Notes under the pieces: model-generated | Databases searched by the model: none | What the model was told of the DNA's origin: nothing | The model's input: only the letters and a program-made list of their open reading frames with translations | Assembly: GCA_045635645.1 (NCBI GenBank) | Contig: JAZTWB010000036.1 | Span: 5,965 to 69,964 of the forward strand | DNA length: 64,000 nucleotides | Direction: 5' to 3' | From: Faecousia sp. | GTDB taxonomy: Bacteria > Bacillota > Clostridia > Oscillospirales > Oscillospiraceae | In this document: piece by piece, positions 29,355 through 39,101 of the stretch | Layout: every line of letters begins with the position of its first letter | Position numbering within the stretch: the first letter of the stretch is position 1 | Translations under genes and position numbers: made by a program

Positions 29355-30637
29355 TCAGTTTCCTCCTTGTTGGGGGTAATGACCGCCAGACACATACGTT
29401 CCGGGGTGACCACCCGCTTGATAAATTCGGTGAGTTCTTCCTTGGTAACCTTTGCGTAAACCTCCGGAATCCGGAAGTAGTCAAACTTGGAAAAGTGGTA
29501 GGCGCAGAGCCGGAAGCAGGTGGAATCAAAGCTGTCCAGCGACCGGATTCTGCGACCCAGCGCGCTGCGCTTCATACGCAGAAATTCCTCTTGGGAGATA
29601 CCCGTTTCCGCCAAGTGCCGCGCCTGCTGCAGTATGGCGTCGCGCACGGTTTCCGGCTGCCGGCTTTCGCCGGAGGCAGCCAGCATACTCATACCCTCTA
29701 TGGTCTCGTAGCCGCCGCCGAAGGAGGCGTCGATAAGACCTTTGTTATACAGCTGCAGATACAGCGGAGAGGACTCGCCGAACAGGGCCTCCGCTGCCAA
29801 ATCTCCCACAATCTCCTGCCGGACACCTTCTTCTCCGTCCGGCAGCGGCTCTGCCTTGAAGCCTAACTGGAACATCGGCTGCGCCACCTCCATAGAGCGG
29901 GTGACGTAGTGGGTTTCCACCTCCATAGGCTCATCCCAGCTGCGCCGGGCGCGGACATCGAAGCCGTCACCTTTCGGCAGAATTTCCTCTGCTGCGGCAG
30001 CCACCTCCTCCGGGTCTACATCGCCCACCACACACAAAAACATATTCTCCGGCCGGTAAAAGGCCCGGTGGCAGTCGTGCAGCACCTGGGGTGTGATTTG
30101 GGAAATGCTCTCCCGGGCACCTAAAATGGGAGTGGCAATGGGATGCCGGCGGTACATCTGCCCAACCAGCAGCTCAAAAAGCCGGCTGTCGGGATTGTCC
30201 TCGTTCATACCGATTTCCTGCCCGATAATCCCCTGCTCCTTTGCCACGCTTTCGGCGGTAAAATACGGCGTGGTCACAAACTCCAGCAGCAGCGAAAGAT
30301 TTTCTCTGAAATTGTCGGTGCAGGAGAAGTAGTAGGCGGTCATATCGTAGCCGGTGAAGGCGTTGGGCACAGCGCCCAGCGTGGCAAAATCCTCGGTCAC
30401 ATCCCGCCCGGGCATATCAAAGAGCTTGTGCTCCAAATAATGGGCAACGCCGACGGGAGACAGGAAGTCCTCGCCGTCCGCGGTAAATTGCCGGTGAATG
30501 GCGCCGTAGTCGGTGACAAAGTAGCACAGCTTTTTGGCAAAGCCGGGTCTGGGCAGCACCGCCACCTGCAGACCGCAGGAGAGCGTGCCCGTGTAAAGGG
30601 TCTCGCCCAGACCGGGGTAGACGTATTTTTCCATCAT
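29348..30637 (-). CDS. M16 family zinc peptidase (YmfH-like)
   Basis: AHYLEHKLF (HxxEH), NAFT, KEQGIIGQEI. Confidence 0.9.
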   Translation of the reverse strand: MMEKYVYPGLGETLYTGTLSCGLQVAVLPRPGFAKKLCYFVTDYGAIHRQFTADGEDFLSPVGVAHYLEHKLFDMPGRDVTEDFATLGAVPNAFTGYDMTAYYFSCTDNFRENLSLLLEFVTTPYFTAESVAKEQGIIGQEIGMNEDNPDSRLFELLVGQMYRRHPIATPILGARESISQITPQVLHDCHRAFYRPENMFLCVVGDVDPEEVAAAAEEILPKGDGFDVRARRSWDEPMEVETHYVTRSMEVAQPMFQLGFKAEPLPDGEEGVRQEIVGDLAAEALFGESSPLYLQLYNKGLIDASFGGGYETIEGMSMLAASGESRQPETVRDAILQQARHLAETGISQEEFLRMKRSALGRRIRSLDSFDSTCFRLCAYHFSKFDYFRIPEVYAKVTKEELTEFIKRVVTPERMCLAVITPNKEETEC

Positions 30638-31896
30638 AGCGCCCCCCTTAAAAAGTACACACTGTGCAGCTTCACTGCCTGCGCCGCCTGCGCCACATCA
30701 GTTACTGTCGTCTGCTCCACCTGCCGGATATACTCCTCCACAGTCAGGGGCAGACCGCTTAGCGCAGCGGTGGAATAGTACCCCTCGATAGCGCCGGGGG
30801 AATCGTGGGTACTTTTCAGCTGGGTCAGCAGGGATTCCTTGGCAGCCGCCAGCTCCTCCGGGGAAATCTCCCCCGCCTGACAGGCGGTCAACTGATTCAG
30901 AATCTCCTGCCGCACGGCGGTATCCATAGTGTTGTCAATACCGGCAGAGACGGTGATAATGCCCTTGCTGCCGTTGTAGCCGGAGGAGATGTCGTAGCAC
31001 AGCGACATTTCCTCCCGGATTTTCATAAAGAGCTTACTGATCATACCGCTGCCGAAGACGGTGTTAAACAGCTGGGTTGCCACAAAGCCGCTGTCCCGCA
31101 GGGTCACAGGGGTAACAAAGCCCATACACAGCTTGCCCTGGGATACGTCCAGCTCCTCGGTTTTGTCGCAGCCGCCTGCGTCCCGGAAGGGGGTCTGGGG
31201 CGCAAGGGTGATGGGGTCGCGGTCCAGACCGGCAAACATCTGCTCTGATAACCGGGCAATCTCCTCCGGGTCTTTTGCGCCTACGTAAAACAGCTCCACG
31301 GGGCTATCCTTGAGAATCCTCCGATAATGGTCGTACAGGCTTTGGGGCGTAATGCGCTCCACGTCCTCTTTTTCGCCCAGTCGGGAGAGTCCGACAGGGT
31401 CATTTTTGCACATCAGCCGGCGCAGCCGGGCGTTGGCGTACACCCGCTTGTCGTTTTTCTCCGCGGCAATGGCGGCGAGGAGATTCCGCTTTTCCCCTTC
31501 CACAAATTCCTGGGAAAACGCGCCGTTTTCCAGCAGCGGACGGAACATAACCTCCTGTAAAAAGCCGAGCATCGGGGCAAACACCCGGTCACCGGGCAGG
31601 GCGTATTCCTCCCTTATAAAGCTGCAGCTCAGACCCGTGGCCTGATAATCGCCCACCCAGCGCAGCTGGGTGCCCAGGGCAGCGCCGTACAGGTCGTCCA
31701 GCCGACAGGTAATGGCCTGCAAATCCCGGGCGGTTTCGCAGCCGCGCAGCAGCACCGCCGGCAGCAGAGCATTCAGCGCCGCTTCCTCCTTGCACATAGG
31801 GCGCACCAGCTGTAGGCTCAGCCCCTCCTGCTTAAAGCGCGTATCCCGAAAGCACCGCAGCGTCACGCCGCGGGGCAAATCAATCCTTTGAATCAT
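30634..31896 (-). CDS. M16 family inactive partner subunit (YmfF-like)
   Basis: RFK, DDLYGA, QGKLCMG, SKLFMKIREEMSLCY; lacks HxxEH. Confidence 0.85.
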   Translation of the reverse strand: MIQRIDLPRGVTLRCFRDTRFKQEGLSLQLVRPMCKEEAALNALLPAVLLRGCETARDLQAITCRLDDLYGAALGTQLRWVGDYQATGLSCSFIREEYALPGDRVFAPMLGFLQEVMFRPLLENGAFSQEFVEGEKRNLLAAIAAEKNDKRVYANARLRRLMCKNDPVGLSRLGEKEDVERITPQSLYDHYRRILKDSPVELFYVGAKDPEEIARLSEQMFAGLDRDPITLAPQTPFRDAGGCDKTEELDVSQGKLCMGFVTPVTLRDSGFVATQLFNTVFGSGMISKLFMKIREEMSLCYDISSGYNGSKGIITVSAGIDNTMDTAVRQEILNQLTACQAGEISPEELAAAKESLLTQLKSTHDSPGAIEGYYSTAALSGLPLTVEEYIRQVEQTTVTDVAQAAQAVKLHSVYFLRGAL

Positions 31897-32042
31897 AGCG
31901 TCTCCTTGACATAAAGTAATCTCATTATATACCACTTTTCACAAAATGGAAAGTACTCCACAAAAATTTTACACTTTACAGGTTGTTATTTTCCCGATTT
32001 TACGATAAAATAACGGAAAACGACCTACCTTGGGAGAAGCCT

Positions 32043-32984
32043 ATGACATATTCGGAAATTACGGTGATAACAACTGCCCAAAGCATTGACGCCACCGCCG
32101 CTGCCCTGACCGGGGCAGGCTTCAGCGATTTGGTGCTGGAGGACCAGACCCAGTTTGAGTCCTTTTTAGAGGAGAATAAGGCGTACTGGGATTATATCGA
32201 CGAGACACTGCAGGAAAAGATTCAGGGCGTTAGCCATATCAAACTGTACTTAGAGGATACGGATAAGGCGGGTCTTGCCCGTTTGCAGGCGCTGGTTGAA
32301 AAGCTGGGTCTTGAAATGACCGTAACCACCCTTGCCGAGGAAAACTGGGAGGAAAGCTGGAAGGAAAACTACCCGCCCCAGATTGTGGGCAACCGGCTGA
32401 TTATCCTGCCCTACTGGCTTGCGGATACGGACATTGGCGACAGACTGCCTGTGATTTTAGACCCGGGTCTGACCTTCGGCACAGGCGCCCACCCCTCCAC
32501 CCAAATGGTGTTGCAGACAATGGAGCAGACCGTAAAGCCGGGGGCAAGCTGTCTGGATTTGGGCAGCGGTAGCGGAATACTCTCCATTGCCGCGCTGCGC
32601 TTAGGCGCTGCTTCTGCCGTGGGTGTGGACATTGACCCCAAGGCCGAGGACATCGCCCGGGAAAACGCCGCCTACAACGGCTTTTCCGCCCCGGAATTTA
32701 CCGCCTGCACCGGCAACGTCACCGCCGACATCGCCCTGATGGATACCCTCTCTGCCCGCCGCTATGACGTGGTGCTGGTGAACATCGTGGCAGACGTGAT
32801 TATCGGTCTTGCCCCCACGCTGCCTCGCTTTATGGACGAATCCACCCGGCTCATCTGCTCGGGCATTCTCCACACCCGCCTTGATGAGGTGGTATCGGCG
32901 CTGGAGCGGGCAGGTCTGTCCGTTACGGACGTAAAGCAGATGGAAGACTGGCGCTGTGTCAGCGCAAAAAGGAGAACGCTATGA
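32043..32984 (+). CDS. prmA: Ribosomal protein L11 methyltransferase
   Basis: ENWEESWK, DPGLTFGTGAHPST, LDLGSGSGILSI, NIVADV. Confidence 0.93.
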   Translation: MTYSEITVITTAQSIDATAAALTGAGFSDLVLEDQTQFESFLEENKAYWDYIDETLQEKIQGVSHIKLYLEDTDKAGLARLQALVEKLGLEMTVTTLAEENWEESWKENYPPQIVGNRLIILPYWLADTDIGDRLPVILDPGLTFGTGAHPSTQMVLQTMEQTVKPGASCLDLGSGSGILSIAALRLGAASAVGVDIDPKAEDIARENAAYNGFSAPEFTACTGNVTADIALMDTLSARRYDVVLVNIVADVIIGLAPTLPRFMDESTRLICSGILHTRLDEVVSALERAGLSVTDVKQMEDWRCVSAKRRTL

Positions 32985-33994
32985 CCATTCCCTACCGCAC
33001 CCAACGACTACTCAACCGAATATTGGTGATACTGCTGGTGCTTGCTCTGGTGGCAGCGGCGGTGTGGGTCTGCTATTTTACGTTTCTGCAGCGGTACATC
33101 GTTTACTCTGCCGACGGCAGCGCCCGGCTGGATTTTGATCTGCCCCCCTTAAACACCGGCGAGGTGGCCACACCCCCCGAAGGCGGTGACATTTCCATCA
33201 ACTTTGACCACAACGACGAGATGATCGGCGGCAGCACGGAGCTGGAGCAGATGATCGGCTACTATGTGGATTTGGAGGCGCTGCAGGATATTTCCGCGGT
33301 GAAGGCCCAGATTCAGGCGCTGCCCGCCGGTACGGCGGTGATGGTGGACGTAAAGGGCGTTCAGGGGGATTTCTACTACTCCTCTGCCTTGGGCGGACGC
33401 GCGGAAACCCGGGTCAACCGGGAGGCGATGGACGAGCTGATTGACTACCTCACCCGCAGCGGTATGTATGCCATTGCCCGCCTGCCCGCGTTGCGGGATT
33501 ATACCTACGGCTTAAACCACGTACCCGACGGCGTGCATCATTCCTCGGGATTGTACCTGTATATGGACGATGACGGCTGCTACTGGCTGCACCCGGCCAG
33601 TCAGGGAACGGTGTCCTTTTTGACCCAGATTATTATGGAGCTGCGGACGCTGGGCTTTGACGAGGTGGTGCTGGAGGACTTCTGCTTCCCGGAGAGCACC
33701 GCCATTATGGTCAACGGGGACAAGGGGAAGCTGCTGACGGAGGCTGCCCGGATTCTGCAGTCCGCCTGCGCCACGGAGCGGTTTGCCGTGTCCTTTGTGA
33801 AAACCCAGGAATTTACCCTGCCGGAGGGTCGTACCAGACTGTATCTGGAGGGACTGGACGCCCTGCAGGCTGCTGCTGCCGCCCAAAGCAGCGGCGTGGA
33901 GGATACGGCGGTGAATCTGGTGTTTCTGACGGAGCTGTTCGACACCCGGTTTGACGTTTACAGCGTGCTGCGCCCCCTCTCCGGCGCCCATTAA
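32981..33994 (+). CDS. Membrane-anchored putative glycoside hydrolase (DUF4015-like)
   Basis: N-terminal TM; VMVDVK, YAIARL, WLHP, GFDEVVL. Confidence 0.65.
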   Translation: MTIPYRTQRLLNRILVILLVLALVAAAVWVCYFTFLQRYIVYSADGSARLDFDLPPLNTGEVATPPEGGDISINFDHNDEMIGGSTELEQMIGYYVDLEALQDISAVKAQIQALPAGTAVMVDVKGVQGDFYYSSALGGRAETRVNREAMDELIDYLTRSGMYAIARLPALRDYTYGLNHVPDGVHHSSGLYLYMDDDGCYWLHPASQGTVSFLTQIIMELRTLGFDEVVLEDFCFPESTAIMVNGDKGKLLTEAARILQSACATERFAVSFVKTQEFTLPEGRTRLYLEGLDALQAAAAAQSSGVEDTAVNLVFLTELFDTRFDVYSVLRPLSGAH

Positions 33995-33996
33995 AG

Positions 33997-34028
33997 AATT
34001 GACAATTGACAATGGACAATTGACAATT
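33997..34028 (+). repeat. Heptamer array A (AATTGAC)n
   Basis: AATTGAC AATTGAC AATGGAC AATTGAC AATT right after a stop codon. Confidence 0.9.
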
Positions 34029-34057
34029 AAAAAATTTCAATTATAAGGGGTTTTGGT

Positions 34058-34708
34058 ATGTTTACAGGCTTTTCTCCCGAGACGGTGGATTTCCTCTGGG
34101 GAATCCGTATGAACAACAACCGGGAGTGGTTCTTAGACCACAAGAAAGATTATGTAAACCACCTCTACGAGCCGATGAAGGCGCTGGGGCAGGAGCTGTT
34201 TCACCCCTTTTTGGAAAAACCCGGCAATCTTCTGAAGGTCAGCCGCATCTACCGGGACGCCCGTATGCACCATAGCGTTCCTTATAAGGAGAGCCTGTGG
34301 ATTTGTATCCGGCAGGAGTGCCAGTGGTGGGCGGAAAATCCCTGTCTGTACTTTGAAATCCGCCCCGAGGGGGTCAGCTACGGCTTTGTTTTCTGGAAAC
34401 CCCGGGTAAGCACGCTGGAGGAATTCCGCCGGGACATTGCCGCCCGTCCCCGTGAATTTCTGGATTTGATTGCCGAAACAGAAAAAGCCACCGGCGTACC
34501 GGTCACCGCAGACCTGTATAAGCGCCCCAAGGAAGCGCCCGATGCCGCCCTTGCCCCCTATTATGCCTGGCGGGGCAATATTGCCTGCACGGTGGACGAG
34601 CCGGTGGGCGAGGATATTTTCGGGCCGGCGCTGGGTGTGCGGGCAGGCGAATTTCTGGAAAAGCTCATTCCCCTGTATGAGTACTTTCTCCGCTTTCAGG
34701 TGAAATAG
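34058..34708 (+). CDS. DUF2461 family protein
   Basis: FTGFS..FL..NNNREWF, RIYRDAR, PYK. Confidence 0.85.
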   Translation: MFTGFSPETVDFLWGIRMNNNREWFLDHKKDYVNHLYEPMKALGQELFHPFLEKPGNLLKVSRIYRDARMHHSVPYKESLWICIRQECQWWAENPCLYFEIRPEGVSYGFVFWKPRVSTLEEFRRDIAARPREFLDLIAETEKATGVPVTADLYKRPKEAPDAALAPYYAWRGNIACTVDEPVGEDIFGPALGVRAGEFLEKLIPLYEYFLRFQVK

Positions 34709-34783
34709 CGTATTGATTTTCAAAGCAAATGCGTTATAATAGTCTTGACATAATCTTTTGGAAAACAGAAGGAGAAGTTTTAC

Positions 34784-35434
34784 ATGATTATCACACAGAA
34801 AAAACCCATCGAAGAGGTTATGGCTCTTGTGGGCGACGCAAAGACCGTTGCCATCGTGGGCTGTAACAGCTGCGCAACCGCTTGCCAGACCGGCGGCGAG
34901 CCGCAGATTGCAGAGCTGTCCGCGATTTTGGAGCAGGCTGGCAAGAAAGTGGTCGCTACCACCATCGCCGACTACTGCTGTATGAATCTGGGCGTTAAGG
35001 CCAAGATGAAGCCCATCAACGCAGCTGCCCCCGATTGCATCATCTGTATGTCCTGCGGTGACGGCGTGCACTGCGTGGCCAAGAATGCCCCCACCACCCC
35101 CGTGTATCCTTCCAACAATACAATGTACTTAGGCGAAGCTGTCCGTTTCGGTGTCTGGGAAGAGGCCTGCCGCTTCTGCGGTGACTGCGTGCTGGGTCAG
35201 ACCGGCTCCATCTGCCCTGTTACCCAGTGTGCCAAGAGTCTGGTCAACGGCCCCTGCGGCGGCCAGAAGAACGGCAAGTGCGAGGTCAATCCCGAGAACG
35301 ACTGCGCCTGGATTAAGATTTACGAGCGCCTGCAGGCTACCAATCAGCTGGAAAAGCTGATGCAGACCCGCGCCGACAAGGGACACGGCGATTTCGCCTA
35401 TCCCAGAACCATTAGCTTGAGGGGGAAGAAATAA
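34784..35434 (+). CDS. metV: Methylene-THF reductase small Fe-S/Zn subunit MetV
   Basis: GCNSCATACQTGG, SCGDG, CRFCGDC, CPVTQCAKSLVNGPCGG, CEV..DCAW. Confidence 0.85.
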   Translation: MIITQKKPIEEVMALVGDAKTVAIVGCNSCATACQTGGEPQIAELSAILEQAGKKVVATTIADYCCMNLGVKAKMKPINAAAPDCIICMSCGDGVHCVAKNAPTTPVYPSNNTMYLGEAVRFGVWEEACRFCGDCVLGQTGSICPVTQCAKSLVNGPCGGQKNGKCEVNPENDCAWIKIYERLQATNQLEKLMQTRADKGHGDFAYPRTISLRGKK

Positions 35435-36357
35435 TGAGCATTTTGAAAGACGCACTGGAATCCGGCAAGTTTGGTATCACTGCCGAGATGGCACCTCCCA
35501 AGGGTTATGATTTTACCGAGCAGATGGAAGCAGCCGAGCTGCTCCGTGGCAAGGTCCACGCCGTGAACGTGACCGATATGCAGTCGGCTTGCCTGAAGGC
35601 AACCGGTCTGGGTCTGTGCATTAAGCTGAAGCAGGCGGGCGTAGAGCCCATTCTGCAGGTCACCGGCCGTGACCGTAACCGTATGGCCATTATGGGCGAC
35701 ATTCTGGCTGCTGCCGGCTTCGGCATTGACACGATGCTGGCGCTCACCGGTGACCACCCCGTGGTGGGCGACTGCCGGGACGCAAAGCCCGTTTACGATT
35801 TGGACTCCGTGGGCATTCTGAAGATGCTCAGCAAAATGGAGGAAACCGGCTGTGACTGCGGCGGCAACGAGATTGCCGGCGGCGCACCCAAGTTCTACAA
35901 GGGCGCATCCGTCACACCTTTGTACGACCCCATCTTCCTGCAGGTGAACAAGCTCCGCCAGAAGGTAGAGGCCGGCGCAATGTACGTGCAGACCCAGGGC
36001 ATCTTCGACCTGGATGTACTCAAGCGCTTCCTGGAAATGGTGGACAAGGCCGGTATCAAGACCCACATTATGGCGGGCATCATTCCTCTGAAGGGCGCAG
36101 GCGGCGCCAAGTATATGAACGAGAACGTGCCCGGCATTTCCGTGCCCCAGGCAATGATTGACAAGCTGGCCGCCGCTGCCGAGGAAGGCAAGGCAAAGGG
36201 CGTCAAGGGCCTGCCCGCAAAGCTGGGTATGGAAATGGCTGCCGAGATGATCGCCAAGATTAAGGACGAAAAGCTCTGCGACGGCGTACACGTTATGGCC
36301 ATCGGCGCAGAAAAGAACGTTCCTACCATTCTGGATATGGCAGGTCTGTCTATTTGA
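35434..36357 (+). CDS. metF: Methylenetetrahydrofolate reductase MetF
   Basis: AEMAPPKG, NVTD, GRDRNR, LTGDH, KVEAGA..QTQ, GVHVM. Confidence 0.9.
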   Translation: MSILKDALESGKFGITAEMAPPKGYDFTEQMEAAELLRGKVHAVNVTDMQSACLKATGLGLCIKLKQAGVEPILQVTGRDRNRMAIMGDILAAAGFGIDTMLALTGDHPVVGDCRDAKPVYDLDSVGILKMLSKMEETGCDCGGNEIAGGAPKFYKGASVTPLYDPIFLQVNKLRQKVEAGAMYVQTQGIFDLDVLKRFLEMVDKAGIKTHIMAGIIPLKGAGGAKYMNENVPGISVPQAMIDKLAAAAEEGKAKGVKGLPAKLGMEMAAEMIAKIKDEKLCDGVHVMAIGAEKNVPTILDMAGLSI

Positions 36358-36361
36358 TAAC

Positions 36362-36395
36362 AAAACCCACTCTGATGTTCTCAGAGTGGGTTTTT
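36362..36395 (+). terminator. Intrinsic terminator after metF
   Basis: AAAACCCACTCTGA-TGTTC-TCAGAGTGGGTTTTT. Confidence 0.85.
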
Positions 36396-36427
36396 AATTG
36401 AGAATTGACAATGGACAATTGACAATT
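36396..36427 (+). repeat. Heptamer array B
   Basis: AATTGAG AATTGAC AATGGAC AATTGAC AATT. Confidence 0.9.
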
Positions 36428-36448
36428 ATTGAATAGTTCGCAAATAAC

Positions 36449-36472
36449 GTAGGGCGGGGGCTTGCTCCCGCC
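36449..36472 (+). repeat. GTAG-type REP-like palindrome
   Basis: GTAG leading into GGCGGGGGC-TT-GCTCCCGCC. Confidence 0.5.
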
Positions 36473-36545
36473 GGAGGCATACCAATGACAATACAGGGCG
36501 ACAAAAAAACAGCACCGGAAAAACCGGTGCTGCTTATTTTTGCTC

Positions 36546-36824
36546 TTAGCCTTCTGCGCGCATCTGAGCGAAGCACTCGCTGCAGTATACGGGACGGTCG
36601 GACTTGGGCTCGAAGGGAACCTTTGCCTCGCCGCCGCAGTTAGCGCAGGTAGCGGTGAAGAACTCACGGGGGCCACGGGCGTTGTTCTTGCGGGCGTCAC
36701 GGCAAGCCTTGCAGCGCTGGGGCTCGTTCTGGAAGCCGCGCTCTGCGTAGAATTCCTGCTCACCTGCGGTGAAAACGAATTCGTTGCCGCACTCTTTGCA
36801 AACTAAAGTCTTGTCTTCGTACAT
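36546..36824 (-). CDS. Zinc-ribbon / CxxC-x17-CxxC domain protein
   Basis: DKTLVCKECGNEFVFTAGEQEFY..RGF.NEP.RC..CR; CANC..PFEP..RPVYCSEC. Confidence 0.9.
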   Translation of the reverse strand: MYEDKTLVCKECGNEFVFTAGEQEFYAERGFQNEPQRCKACRDARKNNARGPREFFTATCANCGGEAKVPFEPKSDRPVYCSECFAQMRAEG

Positions 36825-36927
36825 GGATATTACCTCTCTTTGGTTTTGCCCCGTGAAAACTCGCCGCAGTGGACCGGTATAACGCAGGGTCAAGTTGATA
36901 TAGTGACGATACACCGCCACAAATGGG

Positions 36928-36956
36928 ATTATACACAAGCAGGTAACTTTTGTCAA
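36928..36956 (-). promoter_or_regulatory. Consensus sigma-A promoter of the zinc-ribbon gene
   Basis: Minus strand TTGACA-17 bp-TATAAT with extended TG. Confidence 0.8.
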
Positions 36957-37002
36957 TCCTTTATAAAAATATTTCCTGAAAAATTTCCCTTTTATGCAAT
37001 TT

Positions 37003-38040
37003 TTATATATCGAATTTCTCCTGGCCGTCAAAGGGAATGTGCAGATGCTGGTAGGCAAGGGCGGTGGCGCAGCGACCCCGGGGGGTGCGGTTGAGGAAGC
37101 CCAGCTGCATTAAATACGGCTCGTAAACGTCCTCCAGAGTGACTGCCTCTTCGCCGATGGTGGCAGCCAGGGTTTCCAGACCCACAGGGCCGCCGCCGTA
37201 ATTGCGAATGATGGCGGTGAGCATTCTCCGGTCGATGGTGTCCAGACCCAGCGCGTCCACCTCCAGGCGGGACAGCGCCAAGTCCGCGGCTTCCTTGGTA
37301 ATCACGCCGTTGCACATAATCTGGGCAAAGTCCCGCACCCGCCGCAAAAAGCGGTTGGCGATACGGGGTGTGCCCCGACTGCGGGAGGCAATCTCCATAG
37401 CGCCGGCGGGGTCGATGTCCATACCCAAAATGGTGGCAGACCGGGTGACAATCCGGGCAAGCTCTTCGGGTGAGTACAGCTCCAGCCGCAGGTTGACACC
37501 GAAGCGGTCTCTCAAGGGGGCGGAAAGCTGACCGGCTCTGGTGGTGGCGCCCACTAAGGTGAACTTGGGCAAATCCAGCCGAATGGAGTTGGCGGACGGG
37601 CCTTTTCCCACGATAATATCGATGGCAAAGTCCTCCATCGCCGGATACAAAATCTCCTCGACAACCCGGTTTAACCGGTGGATTTCGTCGATAAACAGAA
37701 TATCGCCGGGATTTAGGTTGGTCAGCAGCGCCGCCAAATCGCCGGGCTTTTCAATGGCAGGGCCGGAGGTGATGCGGATGTTCACGCCCATCTCATTGGC
37801 AATAACACCTGCCAGCGAGGTCTTGCCCAGACCGGGAGGGCCGTAAAGCAGGGTATGGTCCAGCGGCTCGTTCCGCAGACGGGCGGCCTCGATATACACA
37901 GACAGATTTCCCTTCGCCTTCTCCTGACCGGTGTAATCGCTCAGCAGCTTGGGGCGTAGACCGATTTCCCCTGCGTCCTGGGGCGCAAAGGTGGGAGAAA
38001 CGATGGGACTGTCCAATTCCTGGGAAAACTCTAAACTCAT
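37003..38040 (-). CDS. ruvB: Holliday junction helicase RuvB
   Basis: [38 protein letters not shown]. Confidence 0.98.
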   Translation of the reverse strand: MSLEFSQELDSPIVSPTFAPQDAGEIGLRPKLLSDYTGQEKAKGNLSVYIEAARLRNEPLDHTLLYGPPGLGKTSLAGVIANEMGVNIRITSGPAIEKPGDLAALLTNLNPGDILFIDEIHRLNRVVEEILYPAMEDFAIDIIVGKGPSANSIRLDLPKFTLVGATTRAGQLSAPLRDRFGVNLRLELYSPEELARIVTRSATILGMDIDPAGAMEIASRSRGTPRIANRFLRRVRDFAQIMCNGVITKEAADLALSRLEVDALGLDTIDRRMLTAIIRNYGGGPVGLETLAATIGEEAVTLEDVYEPYLMQLGFLNRTPRGRCATALAYQHLHIPFDGQEKFDI

Positions 38041-38055
38041 AGCAACCTCCGGCTG

Positions 38056-38094
38056 AATTGATAATTGACAATTGACAATGGACAATTGTCAATT
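38056..38094 (+). repeat. Heptamer array C (downstream flank of the four-helix bundle gene)
   Basis: AATTGAT AATTGAC AATTGAC AATGGAC AATTGTC AATT; inverted relative to array D. Confidence 0.9.
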
Positions 38095-38437
38095 ATTCTT
38101 TCGATGTTTTTATGATAGAAATAAGTAGGCGTTCCAATTCCTGACAATCTGTAATAATTGACTGAAACGCATCGTCTGTTAAAAAGTTGGTTTCGTGCAG
38201 CAGGCGAAGCCAGTAGTTGGATTCGTAGGCTTCCTTTAAGGCGATATTCAGCTTACTGACAAAGTCCGGTCGGCTTTGCGCCTGCTGAGATTCCGACACA
38301 TTTGCACCAATGCTTGTGCCGCTCTTTAACAGCTGCTTTGTCAAAATATATTCTTTCTGTTCGTTTTGCAGGTGTCTGCACAGATTTACAATTCGCACAG
38401 CAAACCGAAAACTTTTCTCTTGAATAGGATTGTTCAT
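38093..38437 (-). CDS. Four helix bundle protein (23S rRNA IVP / TIGR02436-like)
   Basis: KSFRFAVRIV, KQLLKSGTSIGANVSE, SRPDFVSKLNIALKEA.E..YWLRLL; GGAGGAG RBS; AT-rich. Confidence 0.9.
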   Translation of the reverse strand: MNNPIQEKSFRFAVRIVNLCRHLQNEQKEYILTKQLLKSGTSIGANVSESQQAQSRPDFVSKLNIALKEAYESNYWLRLLHETNFLTDDAFQSIITDCQELERLLISIIKTSKE

Positions 38438-38449
38438 ATTCTCCTCCGC

Positions 38450-38484
38450 AATTGTCAATTGTCCATTGTCAATTGTCAATTGAC
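38450..38484 (-). repeat. Heptamer array D (upstream flank of the four-helix bundle gene)
   Basis: Minus strand AATTGAC AATTGAC AATGGAC AATTGAC AATT right after the ruvA stop. Confidence 0.9.
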
Positions 38485-39081
38485 CTATCCCTTCATAACC
38501 ATTGCCCGCAGGGCGTGGCGGACCATTTCCTCGGTGGAGGCGTTGGGGTCAACGCCCTTGAGCGCGGTGGCAATTTCTGCGGGGGTGTAGCCCAGCTCCC
38601 GCAGCGCCTGGGTGGCAAGGGCAGTGTTGCTGCCGGCTGCGGGCATAGCGGCAGAGGGAACGGAGAAGTCAAGCTCCGTGCTTGCGCCGCCGATTTTGTC
38701 CTTTAATTCCAGAATAATCCGCTGGGCCAGCTTCTTGCCAACACCCTGCGCTGCGGTGAGCAGCTTTTCGTCTCCCGTCATCACAGCCAAGGTGAAATTC
38801 TTAGGACCTGCCGACAAAATCGCCAGCGCGGCTTTGGGGCCTACGCCGTTTACCGAGGTGAGCAGGTCGTAGCACCGCTGCTCCTCCCGGTCGGAAAAGC
38901 CGTACAGGTCGTAGGCGTCCTCCCGAATGGATTCGGTGATATAGAGCTTTGCCGGCTGATTCAGCTTCAGCTGGGCGGCGGTATAGGCGGTGATGCGGCA
39001 GCCGTAGCCCACGCCGCCGCAGTCAATGACCGCAAGACCGGACTCCAAAATTGCCACAGTTCCGGAAACGTAATATAACAT
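38485..39081 (-). CDS. ruvA: Holliday junction DNA-binding protein RuvA
   Basis: GGVGY, REDAYDLYGF, VNGVGPKAAL, GVGKKLAQRIILELKDK. Confidence 0.96.
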   Translation of the reverse strand: MLYYVSGTVAILESGLAVIDCGGVGYGCRITAYTAAQLKLNQPAKLYITESIREDAYDLYGFSDREEQRCYDLLTSVNGVGPKAALAILSAGPKNFTLAVMTGDEKLLTAAQGVGKKLAQRIILELKDKIGGASTELDFSVPSAAMPAAGSNTALATQALRELGYTPAEIATALKGVDPNASTEEMVRHALRAMVMKG

Positions 39082-39101
39082 AAAAACCTCCCAATATTCT
39101 T

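Noticed and set aside
38093-38437. Diversity-generating retroelement suggested by the Avd-like fold
   Set aside because: No reverse transcriptase and no template/variable repeat pair with adenine-specific mismatches was seen in the window.
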